DNA of 64,000 nucleotides from Vicugna vicugna (Eukaryota): contig MU061538.1 of NCBI GenBank assembly GCA_013265495.1, forward strand, positions 2,572,865 through 2,636,864, given 5' to 3'. The notes below the pieces were generated by a model. That model was given only the letters and a program-made list of their open reading frames with translations, had not been told where the DNA came from and did not search any database. Below are positions 37,866 to 51,000 of the stretch, piece by piece. The position numbers were made by a program, and so were the translations under genes. The number at the start of each line of letters is the position of its first letter. Position 1 is the stretch's first letter.

Positions 37866-40334
37866 CTCTCATTTTCATGCTGCTTTTTATCATAGTTTAA
37901 GCATTTTCACAGGTGTGAGGTTATGCAGTTTTACTCTGTAACAGAAGACTGAGGCGATCAGCCCGCTCTGAGGTTGACAGGCTTGGAAAGCACAATTGCC
38001 GCCTTTTCCTCCTGCACCTTCAGTCAGCCTGCAGCTCCCAGAGTCGTCTGAAGCGAGGTGGGCTGGGGCGGCACGCCCGACCTCCAGCACAAGTCGAGGC
38101 AGCAGTGGTGCACACTGCGCCTAGGTCTGGCCTTTTCCTCCCCAGTCCCCCAACCCGACTGAACTTCTCAGCCTCTGCGGCAGCTGGACGGGCCACGTGG
38201 CTGACTCCCGACCAGTGAGAACTACAGGGAGGGGCGGCGTAAGCCTCTTGCAGGCGCAGCCGCTGAAACCCCTGTGAGAAACTTCCCACTGTGTTCCTGA
38301 GTCTGTCACCGAGACACAGAGTGTCCCATGGGGGAAACTGAGTTCTTACAGACACCATGGCCACGACAGGAAGGAGCCTTGGTCCCTGAAAGGTCGCATG
38401 GCGTGACCTCAGGGCCAGCCCAATCCACATGAACTGCAACGAGAGGAAGAAATAAAACCATGCAAGTTACCAAAGTGCCGAGGCAGAGAAGGGCAGTTCA
38501 GGTACAAGGAGGCATCAGACGGAGGCGGACGCCTGCGATGGGAGTGAGGGCAGAGTGGGCGTCCTGGAGAAACACCCCAAGCTGCAGTGCGAGAGTCACA
38601 GTTGCTCTTCCCAGACCCGAGTCCCGGGCAGGGAGGAAGCAGAGACAGATGGGCACTTAGCATAAAGAGCAGCTGCTCAGCCAGGGCCTTTCCTTACAAA
38701 ACTAGCAAATAGCAGAACCGGGGCAGGGCAGTCTCCTCAGACTGGTCATCTGAGGCTCTTTCAATTAAGCCGAATAGGTGGTGGGTGGGCGGGGGCAGAT
38801 GCCAGGATTTGAAGAACTGTCAAAAAATTAGATGGAGTCTTGAGTTGCTGCAAAAGAAATAATCAGAGCTACGGACAGACAATTCTAGGGAGGAATCTTA
38901 GATTAATACCTTGAAGAGCCACGTGCCAACCACCGCTGGCTTCCCCAGTAGGAGCACTGAGCTGCGCTGAGCGGACAGGTTCACACCCGGGCTGGCTGAG
39001 CGCGGACCAGGGGTTGCAGAGATTTCTTTACTGTCTGGCTTGTTGACATGAAATTAAACCCCTTCCAGTCCTGCTTCTGCCTGCTGGCCTCCTGCACGGG
39101 TGACTGATGCCCACAGCAGAGTCTAGGTTCGGAATGCCCGAAGACCCCTGCTAAATCCCATGCTCCCGCGTTCCGTTAAGATTTGGCTTAAGAATCACCT
39201 CCTCTAGAGCCTCTGAAGACGAGCACTTCTCTGCACGCGCCGTCTTCACTGTGAGCTTAAATGTATTTTTCTTCCAAACCTCTTAACTTGATTACACATT
39301 CTAAATATTCCCCAGATGCACAAAGGTTCATTTTGTTTTTAAATTTCCCTGTAATTCCATAAGTACTAAGGGCCTTTAATAACACAGCCAAAAGTGCTTT
39401 TGATTATAAAGGGCATACAGTTGGTACTTAATACATTGAATGGTCATCAAAGGAAAAAGTGCCTTAGGAAATTAGATAATATATTTCATTCACTTGAAAG
39501 CCAATTTCTGTATCTGCTGGAGACTTTGGCAAACCCAAAGTGGTCTAGGCAGGCCTGGAAAGTGTGGTATAAAACTTGCAGGCTGTGAGAGCAATTTCTA
39601 GGAAAATTGTCCTGATCCCTGTTAACCAATTACTATCAGAAAGGGAACATGTGTGAGTACACAGTAATTCTCTTCCTCACTGAGAGCGCAGAAAGAGGTG
39701 TCTGGTAATGCTTCTCCTTGCTAATCCTGCGACCACGCCAAGCAGCATGGGAGGCGGGCGAGGCGGGAACTTCTTTTATCCTAAATACGGATCTTGATTT
39801 CAAGAGAGAAAAGGAAAACATTTATCTCTTTCAGGTGTTATGGGTCATCATCTGTTACATGCTTTTAGCCTTCTATACAGAGAAGAATGAAAGAAAAATC
39901 GCTTTTAAATACGTTATTTGGAAGAGTTTAGCTAAATACTGAGTATCGCATTAAATAAGAAAACAAAACAGTATGTATTTTTTATTATTCAAAGGATGTT
40001 CCCTCTCAAAGCATTAGCTATTTGAGCACTTCAGAGTAAATATGCCAATGGGAATCTTTTTCAGATAATTGTATTGTTATAATGTACATTCATTCTTAAA
40101 CACTAAAAATGTCACAAATACGGCTTTCAATCTACTCAACTCTCATCCCCACAGAAACACACTGCTCCTGATAGCATAGAAAATTGTGAATATTTTAAAG
40201 TCTTTCTTGAAAGCTCTTGAAAGCATTGATAGGGAGCAAGCGTCCTTTTGAGTATTATCCAATACGTTACATGTGTCAGAGATGAATCAGGCCATTCTGA
40301 ATACAAAGAAGAAAGGATTACATGCAAAATCCTT

Positions 40335-43300
40335 TAGAAGGAGGAGCCACTTACAGAACGGAGGAGTAAGGACCTCTGAAGAAGAGCTGCTCCTTTATAA
40401 AAGCAATGAGATTGCAAACATTGTCAAAATAAATTTTCCAAAACTCTGGCAATTAACCAGTGGCTGTCAACAATCTGAGATGCATTTATTCTAGTAAAAC
40501 GGCTTAAATTTGGTCAGAATACTGATCTTTGTGGCCTTTGAACTTGCTCTGTTCCCATCTTCTTCTCCCCGTCTGCATGGTAGTCTTGAAACCCAACAGC
40601 TTCATGATCAGAGTTGCCATTAAAATCATCAGCTTAGAAGCTGCTGGAGGGGGAGGCACAGCTTACAGCTCTTCAAAATCCCCATTCCGAGAGGATGGTC
40701 ATTATTTCATCTGCCTAGCTGTTTCTTGGAAACCTGCACTCACAGGGTTTGTCTTTATTTGATCTGACTCAGACTTGCTCACTGCAAAAGCCTTTCTCTT
40801 GGGGTATTTATCAGAAACACTCAGTGACAACTATTAAGCATGGCAGCTGCCTGAGGTCACGATACCAGCTGGAGTAAAGGGGAAGTTGACCGAAAAAACC
40901 TAAAAGGGAAAGCTAGGGGTGAGATGTCCACGAGGGCTTTGAAAACCTCCAACACACTGCTGGGAACCTAGAAGGCCACATCCACGGGCAGGACCATAGG
41001 CACGCCCAGGAAATGGCTAAGAGTGCCCCAGTCTCTCACTTCTGGCGACCCTGAGCCCCGAGACTGGCGGGTGTAAGCTGCCTGCCTGAGTACGGAAGCG
41101 ATGCCCCAGCACACACGGAGCTTGCTGGTAAAACCCGGGAGACACATTGGTTTAAGATGTTTAGGGAAATCTCTGTCCAGTCATCGTGTGAACACCAGGT
41201 CAACCCAGCAGAGACTTCAGCAGCCACATGTGAGAAGAATGCAGGCTTCCCTGAAAGCCACTAAACATATAAACATCACCAACCACAAGTATCAGTAAGA
41301 CCCGGGAGGAGGGCGGTTTGCCTTCCAGGGTTGCTACGCTCTATTATTTAATACGTCCACTATGCCAACAAAAAATCACGAGACACAGAGAAACAGGCAA
41401 GTGTGGCACATACACAGGGAGAACAGCAGCTAATAAAAACTGTCCCTGAAGAGGACCAGACTTTAGACGTACTTAGAAACTATTTAATTAGCTATTATAA
41501 GTATGTTCAAAGAGCTGAAGGGAACCGTGTCTAAGGAACTCTGGAAAAGGATGAGAACGATGTCTCATCAGAGACTAAAAATAAAGAGATAGAAATTATC
41601 TAAAATGAACTAGTTAGAAATTCTGGAATTGACAAGTACAATGACTGAAATAATAAAATTCACTAGAAGGGTGTGAAGTAACATTTGATCTGACAGAAGA
41701 AAGAAGCAGTGAACTTGATGATAACTGAGATCATCTAGTCTGAGGAACAGAAAAGAAAAAAGAATGAAGAAAAATCAACAGAGTTTCAGAGACCTGTGGG
41801 ACATCATATGCTTAATGAGAGTCTAAAAGGAGATGTGATTGTGTTGAGATAAAGAAAAACGCCATATGACATCACTGATATGTGGAATCCTAAAAAAAAA
41901 AAAAGAAGACAAATGAACTTAAATAAAAAACAGAAACAGACTCACAGACATAGACTACAGACTTGTGGTTGCCAGGGGGGAGGCGGGTGGGAAGGGACAG
42001 ATTGGAAATCGAGATTTGTACACACTGACAGGTAGATATAGACTAGATACACAAGTTTACACTGTGCAGCACAGGGAAATATATACAAGGCCTTGTAGTA
42101 GCTCATGGTGAAAAAGAATATGAAAATGAATCTATGTACATTCATGTACGACTGAAAAATTGTGCTGCACACCAGAAACTGACACAACTTTGTAAACTGA
42201 CTATAACTCAATGCAAAATAAAATAAAATAAAAGGAGATGTGAAAGAGAAAGGAGCAGAAGTAATATTTTCGGAAATAATGGCAAAAACATAGAAGAGAA
42301 GGGAACACTTTTCAGCTCATTCTGTGAGGCCAGTGATACCGTGAAACAATAAAAACAATGAGACCCCAAGAAACCTGCAGACCGCTCTCGTGAACACAGA
42401 CGCAAACCTTTCCACAAATGGCAAACCAAACCTAGCAACCGAAAGGAAATCATACAGCACGACCGAGCGGGATTTATCCCCAAAACGCAACTGGCTCCAC
42501 ATAGGAAACCAGCCCATGTGACGCATGCAGTGACAGAGAGGAGGACTAAGGCCGCGTGACCATTTCAATATGCATACAGATGGCACCCGACAAAGTCCGT
42601 CCCCTACGCGACACCGTGACACTGAACACACCAGGAACAAGAGGGGATTTCTTCAGCCTCAGAAGGGGCGTCTGTGGGAACCCTGTGGCTAGCGTCATAA
42701 ATAATGCTGAGGGGGCGGCAGCTTTCGCCCTAGGATCGGAGCAAGGCAGGGGTGCGCACCCTCACACCCGCTCAGCACCGCGCTGGAGGTGCTCGCCAGG
42801 GCAAGCAGACAAGAAAAGAAATGAAAGGAAGCCAGACTGGAGAGGAACTTCTTGTTGTAGATGATATGAATATACTAAACTCCACTGATTTATATATTTA
42901 AACACATTAATTACTCAAACACAGGCTTGTACACCAATGGTTATGGCAATTTTTTATTCACAATGGCCAACACATGGAAGCCATCAAAATATCCATCAAC
43001 TGAGGATGGATAAACAAAATGCAGTATACACATAACAGAGTAACACCTAGCCATAAGAAGAGTGAAATTCTGATACATGCTACAACACGGACGAATCCTG
43101 AGAATAGTGTGTTAAGTTAAACAAGCCAAACACAAAAGGACGGACACTGCTCAGTTCCACTTACATAAGGCGCCTAAAATAGTCAACAAACAGAGAGTAG
43201 AAAACAGAGAGGCTAGGGGAGGGGCACCTGGGGGTTAGTATTTTACTGGGGACAGAGTTTCTGTTTGGGGTGATTGAAAAAAAGGGTGATGGCTACACAG

Positions 43301-43400
43301 CACTCTGAATATACTTAATACCATTGACCTGAACGTTAAAAGCAGCCAGGATGGTGAACTTCTATTACGTGTATCTTACCACAACACAAAAGCGTCTTGT
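40335..43400 (+). mobile_element. Fragmented old L1M element(s): 5' region, ORF1 remnant, ORF2 pieces and 3' end
   Basis: ORF1-like A-rich phrases (gaaattctggaattga, tctagtctgaggaacagaaa, agagacctgtgggaca). ORF2 phrases (ctcattctgtgaggccagt, gggatttatccc). 3' UTR phrases (tggataaacaaaatg, tgatacatgctacaac). Confidence 0.75.
41839..42228 (+). mobile_element. Young L1 3' end inserted into an old L1
   Basis: L1 3' UTR with an (AAAAT)n tail, flanked by an exact 15-bp TSD taaaaggagatgtga (41824-41838 and 42229-42243). Confidence 0.9.
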
Positions 43401-43539
43401 ACAGGAAACAACAACAACTCACTTTTAAAAGGGCAAAAACATGGGGGAGGAATTTTAAAATATGAGCTTTTAAAAATAAAAAATGAAAGTTAGAGGGAAG
43501 GCTAATGAGAAAGAAATTGCACGTGAATAGCGTACTCAG

Positions 43540-44580
43540 GGTGGTGATGCATTTCTCCTGCAGGCACGGCTGGACCGCTCTGAAAGTCCTGCATGTGCCT
43601 GCAGGGGCTGAACAGATCGGCTCACCGATGGCAGGTGGCGGAGGTCAAGTGTTTTACTGTGAATGAGGGAAACGACAGAGAAGCAACAAGTGACAGCTAG
43701 AACATTCCACATAGAGACATCTGTATGAACTATGTTTAGCTTAATACAGACACAGATAGCGATGACGGATGGATGGATACACAGGTACAGGAGACTTGTG
43801 GATGTACGCAGGTTAGCATGTACACATGTATTTCCTCACTCTGGAAGCAATGACGTCCTTGAAGCAATGACCACAGATCTTGGTTTCTAACACCTTTATT
43901 CAGCAGAAGGAACCAGGGCTCCTTGGAGAAATGGCTAATTCTAGGGCTTGGAAGGGAAAATGTGAGGTACGTTGGGAGCATCTTGTAGTATTAGAAAGTA
44001 AGAAAGAAAGAAAAAAAGTAAGGAAGGGAGGGAGGGAGAAAAAGACAGGGAAAGAAAACCGCACGATGGTGAGATGCACGTGAGTCTACTGGAAAGAGCA
44101 TCCAATGGTCAAAGCGAGGACCACTGGAGAAAAAGCCGCATTGAATTACAACACAAAGGATAAAATAAATACCTATGAGTTGCAATTAATATAATTAAGT
44201 GATCCAATAAATAAATAAATGGCAGAGAATAGACAGATCTGTCGCGTGGAACAATTCTAAACAATTCACACAGATGCTCCGCTCTCAATAAGGCAAACGT
44301 GGCCTTCCATTCCTGTGCATAGAGACCCCTTCCAAAAAGCACGGGGGAAAGGGGACCTTTACAGACACCTGACGGCCACGGCCTCAGCCAGGTGCTGGAG
44401 AGGACCGTCGACGGGCACGTATCCTGCCGACGGCACGGCCCCCCGAGGGGGCGTGGTGAGAACAGTGCTTAACTCCTGCGCTCTGCCTCTCAAAGCCCTA
44501 TGCCCCCAGTCTAGTGATGGAAAAAACAGAAAACTGTCATTAAAAACATCACACAAGAGGCCTGACAAATATTCCTTAAA
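43540..44580 (+). mobile_element. L1MC3/4-type 3' UTR fragment
   Basis: cagatcttggtttctaacacc...aaggaaccagggctccttggagaaatggctaattctagggct...gagcatcttgtagtattagaaagtaag. Confidence 0.65.
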
Positions 44581-45999
44581 ATATTTGACTTGGACATTTA
44601 GACTTTTCAGAGGCTACAACCAGAACGCAGTGAAAAGAACACATTCCCGGTTGGTCAGAAAAAGTCCTCCAGTTCTAACCCAGCAAAGAGCAAATTTTCA
44701 ATTTACCAAACATTTCTTTCTGGCCCTTAGTTCCCCAAACTACAAAGTCCCCTTCAGTATGCTAATTCTACATGGTCCCAGAAACGCACGTCCCATGTCC
44801 CAGGTGATGCGTGATTGAGGATTTAAAACCACAAACTAAGTTGCAAAATTTCATCTGATTTTAATAAAGTTCCACAGCCCAAAAAAGAAACTGATACTGT
44901 ATATTTGCCATTTCCTATTTTGTCTAACTGAAAGCTGCCTACAGAAACTTGGGTATTTTCAGTTTTAAAAGGCTATTTTTAGTTCAGAAAGGCTATTTTT
45001 AGAGGCACTATTTAATTTTCATTCTCAGAAATATGGCACCGAGCCTTTGGGTTGTAACGATCTATTGGGCAGAGAAAGAAAGATGAGACAAGGGTAATAT
45101 TTCACAAAAATTAAGTCCCGAATGCTGATCCATGACTTACGTATTCCTGGACTCAGAGCTCTTCCAAATCACACCTAACTACATTTAAGAAAATAATTAT
45201 TGAGGCTCTTGGCTTTGGCAGAAAGCAGTGCTCTCGCTCAAATGATCATCTGTCACATCGCTAATGTTATTATAAATGACAGGCAGCTAAATTTACACTC
45301 AAGGTAACATTATATATTAATAAGAGAATTAATAGGTCAGTCATCAAGAAACCATACACCCAGTTAACAAGCCAGAGAGCATCTGTCTTCATGCTTGTTT
45401 GCTACACATCTGCAGCACACACATCTGCAGCGAGATCATAAATCTCCTTAAATGCCAGCCTTGCAGGCAGTGCTCTAGCGAGGCTAAAAATAGCGGCGTC
45501 ATTATGACTGTCATGTGTGTCCTCAGCCACCGGGGGGCACTGTTTCATAAACCGCGCTAAGCACTGTTTGGCTTTTAGAACTAATTAAAAATAACTGAAT
45601 ATAGGTGGAAAGAAGACATTATTTCTGGATCCGTCAACGTTGGTAAACAGGGATAATTCAGAAAAAACGAATACGTTATTGTTCGTATTATTTTGTCCAC
45701 ATTTGTCAGGAGCATGGGCTTTAAGTCCCTGCCCACCCGGGGACAGATGCGAACGCTCAGCAAGTCTCAGAAATCTGTGAGCCTCAGTGTCCTTCTCCCA
45801 GACCAGACGTTTGTGGAAGCTTCGTAACACGTCTGGAATATCTTCACAGGGTGCGTGGCTCTGGTCTTCAGCGGTGTGGCTGTTGGCCTCACCGGGTTCT
45901 CGAAACGCTCCCTTACTGACAAGTTTCTGTCGTGGGGTCTGACCGAGTTAGCTGGAATCCAAGTCACGTGAGACTCCAACGCAAGAGCCGCGTTCCTTT

Positions 46000-47800
46000 A
46001 TCACCGCTGAAAACGGCGGCCAAGGCCGTGTGCTCACGACAAGAAGACCTGAGAGAAGCATGACTGCAGGCACGGTAACAGGCGGGGAAACCGGTGACGG
46101 GCGGCGGGGGAGCCAAGTGTGAGCCCGGGGCTGCGGTCTCCAGATGTTTGTAGGTCACGGTGCGGCCGTTCCCGCCTCACCGAGCGGCCCGGCCTGCAGA
46201 AGAGGCTCGGTGACCGTCTGCTGAACAAATAAACACGTACCAGGCAGACGCCCACAGGCGTAAGCCTGGGGCTCTGCCGGCCTGGCCGGGGAAGGCTGCG
46301 ATTACAGACGGCACAGTACCGAGAGGTGCACCTGCAGCTCCGCCGCCTGACTCTCCATCTTCCCTGGTAGAGAGGAAACAGGATGAATGGAGTTCTCGAG
46401 GAGTCTGGAGTCCCCTGGGCGTGGAGTAACCCATGGTGACCATCACTGTGCGGTTGACCAGACAGAAACCTCAGGAAATAAGTCCAGGTTTCCAGTTACG
46501 AGCCCTGAAGCCTCAGCGCCCTGCAAACTCCAAAGATGTTAATGACAACGCTACGCGAGCCCGCGCCTCCATCTGCGTTTGCCCCGTTCCCTTTCCTGCT
46601 GCAAAGTCCTGGTCCTCAGCCGTGCTCGGATGGCCTTGGGCGCTCCCCGGGTGTCAGGCATGTCCCCATCTTTTCTCGGATGGGAACACTGAGGCACAGC
46701 AAAGTCCGATACCCTGTCTAAGGGTACGCAGTTAGGAAAGGGGGGGATTTTCTAGTACGTCGGGCTAACGATCTACCATCAGAGACGGGTTCCCACGTCC
46801 CTAGGAGAGAAGCGCGGGGCCTCCTCGCCTGTGGTCACTGTGGCATGTTCATGCCCCTGTGCGACTGGTGTCCCGCCCGCTCAAGCTCTGGGTCCTCCCC
46901 GGTCGCCCGGGGCTTTCAGACCCATCGGTTCTGGCTCCCTAATTGACTCGCGTTCCTCTAGCAATCCCAGCAGGGCCTCTGCCGTTCAAAGCCCGGAGGG
47001 AAAGGCTGGGCAGCGCCGAGTCGGAAGACGGGGGCGGATTGAGAGTGGTTCCCTGTGCCGCTGTTCTCTTCCACGCTCCAGTCACACAGTTCCCTGGCCT
47101 CAGAGCTCCTTCCAGAGCGCTGCCTGTCTCCTTATCGTCACCACGAGGGCGCCACAGCCCCCGCTCCTCCCCTCCAGCGCGCGGGAAGGCCTGCTGCGGC
47201 CCCGTGGGGCGGGCTGGCCATCCGAGCGAGCGGGGGGCAGGACGGGGCCGGCGGCCGGGACGACCCGCGGAGGCAGCAGGAGGGGGGCGCGCACGAGCCC
47301 GAGGCCGGAGGGGGCGCCGCCGCGCTGTGCTGCGCGCTCCTCCAGAGCTGCTCCGCGAAGTACGCGCAGAAAATGCACATCCCGTTTAAGGAAGAAGGGC
47401 CCGTTTTATGCCAGTTTCCGCCTTCCTCGTTCAGCACCGCGTGGGGGCCGTCTCTCCGCGGTGGGGCCTGATCTGGGCGGCTCCCGCCCCTCCCCGCTCG
47501 GCAGGGCTGGCGGGCCCTCGGCCTCAGCTCCGGGTTCGGAAAGTCCCCCGGGAGGGACCGCTCGAGGCGGAAGGCGCGCTGACGGGGCGGGGCCAGCCCG
47601 GCGCCTCCGGCTGCTTAATCTGTGAGAGCACAGGCTGGACCACGAGATGCCCGAGGCCTGGAGCGCTGAGAGGCGCCACGGCGCGGGCCTGCCAGGTAAG
47701 GCCGCGGCGGGGCAGCTGGCTTCACCGTCCCCTCTGGCGCGCAGCGTCGTGCCTGACACGCCGTAGGTCCTCCACACGGTGCGGGTCGAGTGATCAACGA
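46000..47800. promoter_or_regulatory. CpG-island-like GC-rich region containing inverted repeat copy B
   Basis: Very dense CpG, GC boxes (ggggcggg) and long stop-free frames on both strands. Function not shown. Confidence 0.55.
46652..47049 (+). repeat. Inverted repeat copy B (identical core 46672-47004)
   Basis: See copy A. ORF-track entries 29239..29451(-) and 46831..47625(+) share the same first 58 residues. The left end is MIR-like (tgggaacactgaggcacagcaaagt). Confidence 0.95.
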
Positions 47801-47974
47801 CCGAATGAACCAGAAGGCAGCTGCCTTGAAGACGGGGATGCGCTTTCTTTAAAAATAACACAGACTTAACAGCGAAAGCAAATCCAGACTTTTTTTTACA
47901 ATCGTGGAGGGATGCCCTACCTTGGGCATTGAAAGAAAATTAGGTAAATTAAAAAAATTTTTAAAAGATTTTTT

Positions 47975-48092
47975 AAAGAATATGAAAAGGAATATACGCA
48001 TGTACATGGGTGACTAAAACATGATGCTGTGCACCAGAGATTGATCCAATGTTGTAAACTGACCAGACTTCAACTTAAAACCAAAAAAAGAA
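47975..48092 (+). mobile_element. Short L1 3' end
   Basis: aaagaatatgaaaaggaatata...catgatgctgtgcaccagagattga...tgtaaactgaccagacttcaa with an A-rich tail. Confidence 0.8.
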
Positions 48093-51000
48093 AACAAGGT
48101 GTCAGGTGTACACTCCTAGTGTTTGAAGGGCCACCGAGGCGGACGTCTAGCCCCTTCCCAGCGCGCCCTCCAAGTTCCCGTAAGAGCAGGAGGGAGGCCC
48201 CGCCGGCTCAGTGGCCCTGCTGGACGCAGGTCTAACCGTCCCCCCTTTCTGTGAGAGAGGCCCCCTCACAAGGCGGAGAGCAGAGTCAAAGCTCCGCTCC
48301 TGCCGAGGACACAGGGAGCCCGGCTCTCCCGGCCTCTCCGCGTGTGCGTTTCCTTCTTGGGGCTCAGGGGCTTTGACATTTGCCGGTAAAGATGCTGAAA
48401 ATCATGGGATAAATAGATGGCACCTGGTAATGAGATATTCTCATCTAGTAAAAACCTTGAATCTCTGAGCTCCTGTATTCCCCTTTTGGGTCAAGTTAAT
48501 TATATTAAGTGAATTCTCATAGCTTTAATGTTCATAACATCTTCATGCTGCTTTTCAGAAATTAATTCATTCCTTCTAGACAGGAAATTTGCCGGCTCAG
48601 ACTCTGAGAAAAAAGGATTCTCTTTAATGCATTCAAGAGGTCCACTTACATTTGTATTTCTCCTGAAATAAATTGTTTTACAGTGTTTGTTCTGGAGAGA
48701 AAAAAAAATTTTAAACACATCACGGGCATAGCATTAAAAATCAAGATACACAGTATGTGTGAAATCCACAAATCTTAAGAAACTCGCCCTTATGAAAAGT
48801 TACGCCTTTGCCTGGCACGTTGTCTGTTGCAGACACGCACTCGGGACGGGGTATTCCCTACTGCTGAGCCGCGGCGGGCAAGGGGTGCTTTGCTCCAGCA
48901 GAAACTGGTCCTCTGGTCACGAACGAGGGCCTGCAGGACGCAGCTCCCGTGATCCTCACTAAATATACCGTCGGCCCAGCGCCCAGGGACTCCTATCTCG
49001 TCCTCCTCTTCCTGCATCCAGGTGCGCGCACAGCTGCTTCCGTATGTGACCCGCCATCGCCGCCGGATTCTGAGCTTATTAAAGGGGGTGGCTGTGATTA
49101 GGCCATCCTCCTCCATCATCCAGGACTCTGAATGAGGACAGTGATTCACAGAAACACACATACACGTCCTTTCCTAGCCTGCATCCATGCTCTGAGACGG
49201 GGCAGGTGTCACCACTCAGAGACCAGCATGGGTCCCTCTGCTCAGAGGATCAGGAGTGGAGAGGCCCCCACGGTCTGACCCCAACCCCCGCTTACGCCTC
49301 AGCGCCCACCAGCCTCCCCGGTGTTCCCAGATCAGTTCCCCACGTACCAGTCTCATCCTTCCATCCTTTGTGATGTTAACAAAACTCCCTCCTCCCCTTT
49401 TCTACTACCAAGCATTCTTCCTTGACAAGGTCCCAGGTATGTTCAAATGTCCCTTTGGTCCAAGTGTCACCCCTGGGGGACTCTGAGCCCCCGCGACAAG
49501 AAGCCCCGATGTCCCCCCCCCTGCACTTTCTACACCCCTCACTCCACTGTCTACGCCCTGGGAGGCACCTGTGTCATTTAACTGTCCATCTCAATTTCCC
49601 CCAACCTGCCTGAGGGCAAGGACTCCATCTCATTTCTCTTTATACCACTTTTTCAGTTACTGACCAAATGAAGGAACAGATGGAGTAAAACCGCCTGACT
49701 TGGCGGAGGTGAAACGATGGAAAGACAGCGGACGGGACCCAGGAGGCCAGGTGCACAAGCTTGGGTAAGTTACCTGGCCTCCGAGGGCCCCGCTCTTCCC
49801 ATTTCAGGATGTAGGCGCCCTGTCAGACGGTGCTCCTGGTTCTTCCCTCGTCTCAGAGCCTACAGTTTCTTGGCGAAGACTAACAGGTCCACATTGGAAG
49901 GGACCTACAAAGTGAGGGATGGTTTTCACAGACCCAGGAGGTGTCCTGCCCGCACACAGAGCAGCTCCTTGCCTGCATCTACGCAGAGGCCTCGGCCATC
50001 ACCGTCTGACCCATGTGCAGTTCCAGAAACAGGACTTCATGTCCTGAATTCTCCTAAACATTGAAAACCATCACCCAGCTCAAGAAAGCCAATATTGTCA
50101 GTGAACTACCAGGCCTTTTGTTTCTCACAACTTGTAAGATTCCATATCATTAACAGTATTCTCATTTCTGTAGGATGACTGCCATCTTATTATAACTATC
50201 TTAATCTCTCTCGGCATTCAAAAGATAAAGGGACTCCACTGCAGACAGCTTCTGCAAAATTCAAGTATTTCAGTCCTGTCTTCTACATCTTTAAGTGAAA
50301 CTGTGGGCACCAGGCCTCAGCTGTTTCATGCCAAGTTGAATAAAATTTCTGCAGAGACCCTAGGTGGGTGGGCCTGCCCCGGGGGCCCAGGTCCCCGAGG
50401 TGTGGGAAGTCCCACATCTGGGCTTACAGATGGCACAAGACTGAGAACTAGACGGATGTCATCATTTTGTCCCCCTGTACAATGACCTCACCCAACCGTA
50501 GTTCACTCACTGAAGTCGCACTTGACCGAAAAGCACCATGAAGGCTTGAGAAAGCTATTCAAGCTGAGCCTCAGAAGGACCTGGTTCTAGCTCAGAGCTG
50601 GCCCCCGCCACAGTCCTGGGGTCATCGTCCGCACGTAGGACGACTTCTCTGAAAGACCCACGTTAAACGGCACTGACGGCTCCCTCTCACCCGAGGGACG
50701 TAAGAAGCACCGTCTTCTAAAGGAACCTCAGGTTAACCTGCAAACTGAGGTCACTGGGCCGTGGCTAAAGCGGACAGACATGCACGCTGCATGGATTTTA
50801 ACCGACTGGTGAAAGGCCACTTCCCTACTCTGGGCCACATCTTACGGGACAGCCTCAAATGAGCCTCGGCCCCAAGTGGGGTTTTACAGCTGGTCTTGTG
50901 AACAAAGCCTCGGATGCAGAAGGAAAAGGAAAAATGGGGACATGACCCTCATCCGGCTTAGAGGACCACCCCCTGGAGTGCAGCATGGGGTCCACACCGT

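Noticed and set aside
46831..47625. 264-aa ORF, the longest in the track
   Set aside because: Non-ATG start (GTG), Arg/Gly/Pro/Ala-rich low complexity, overlapping long ORFs in several frames, and no recognisable domain. This is expected for very GC-rich DNA.
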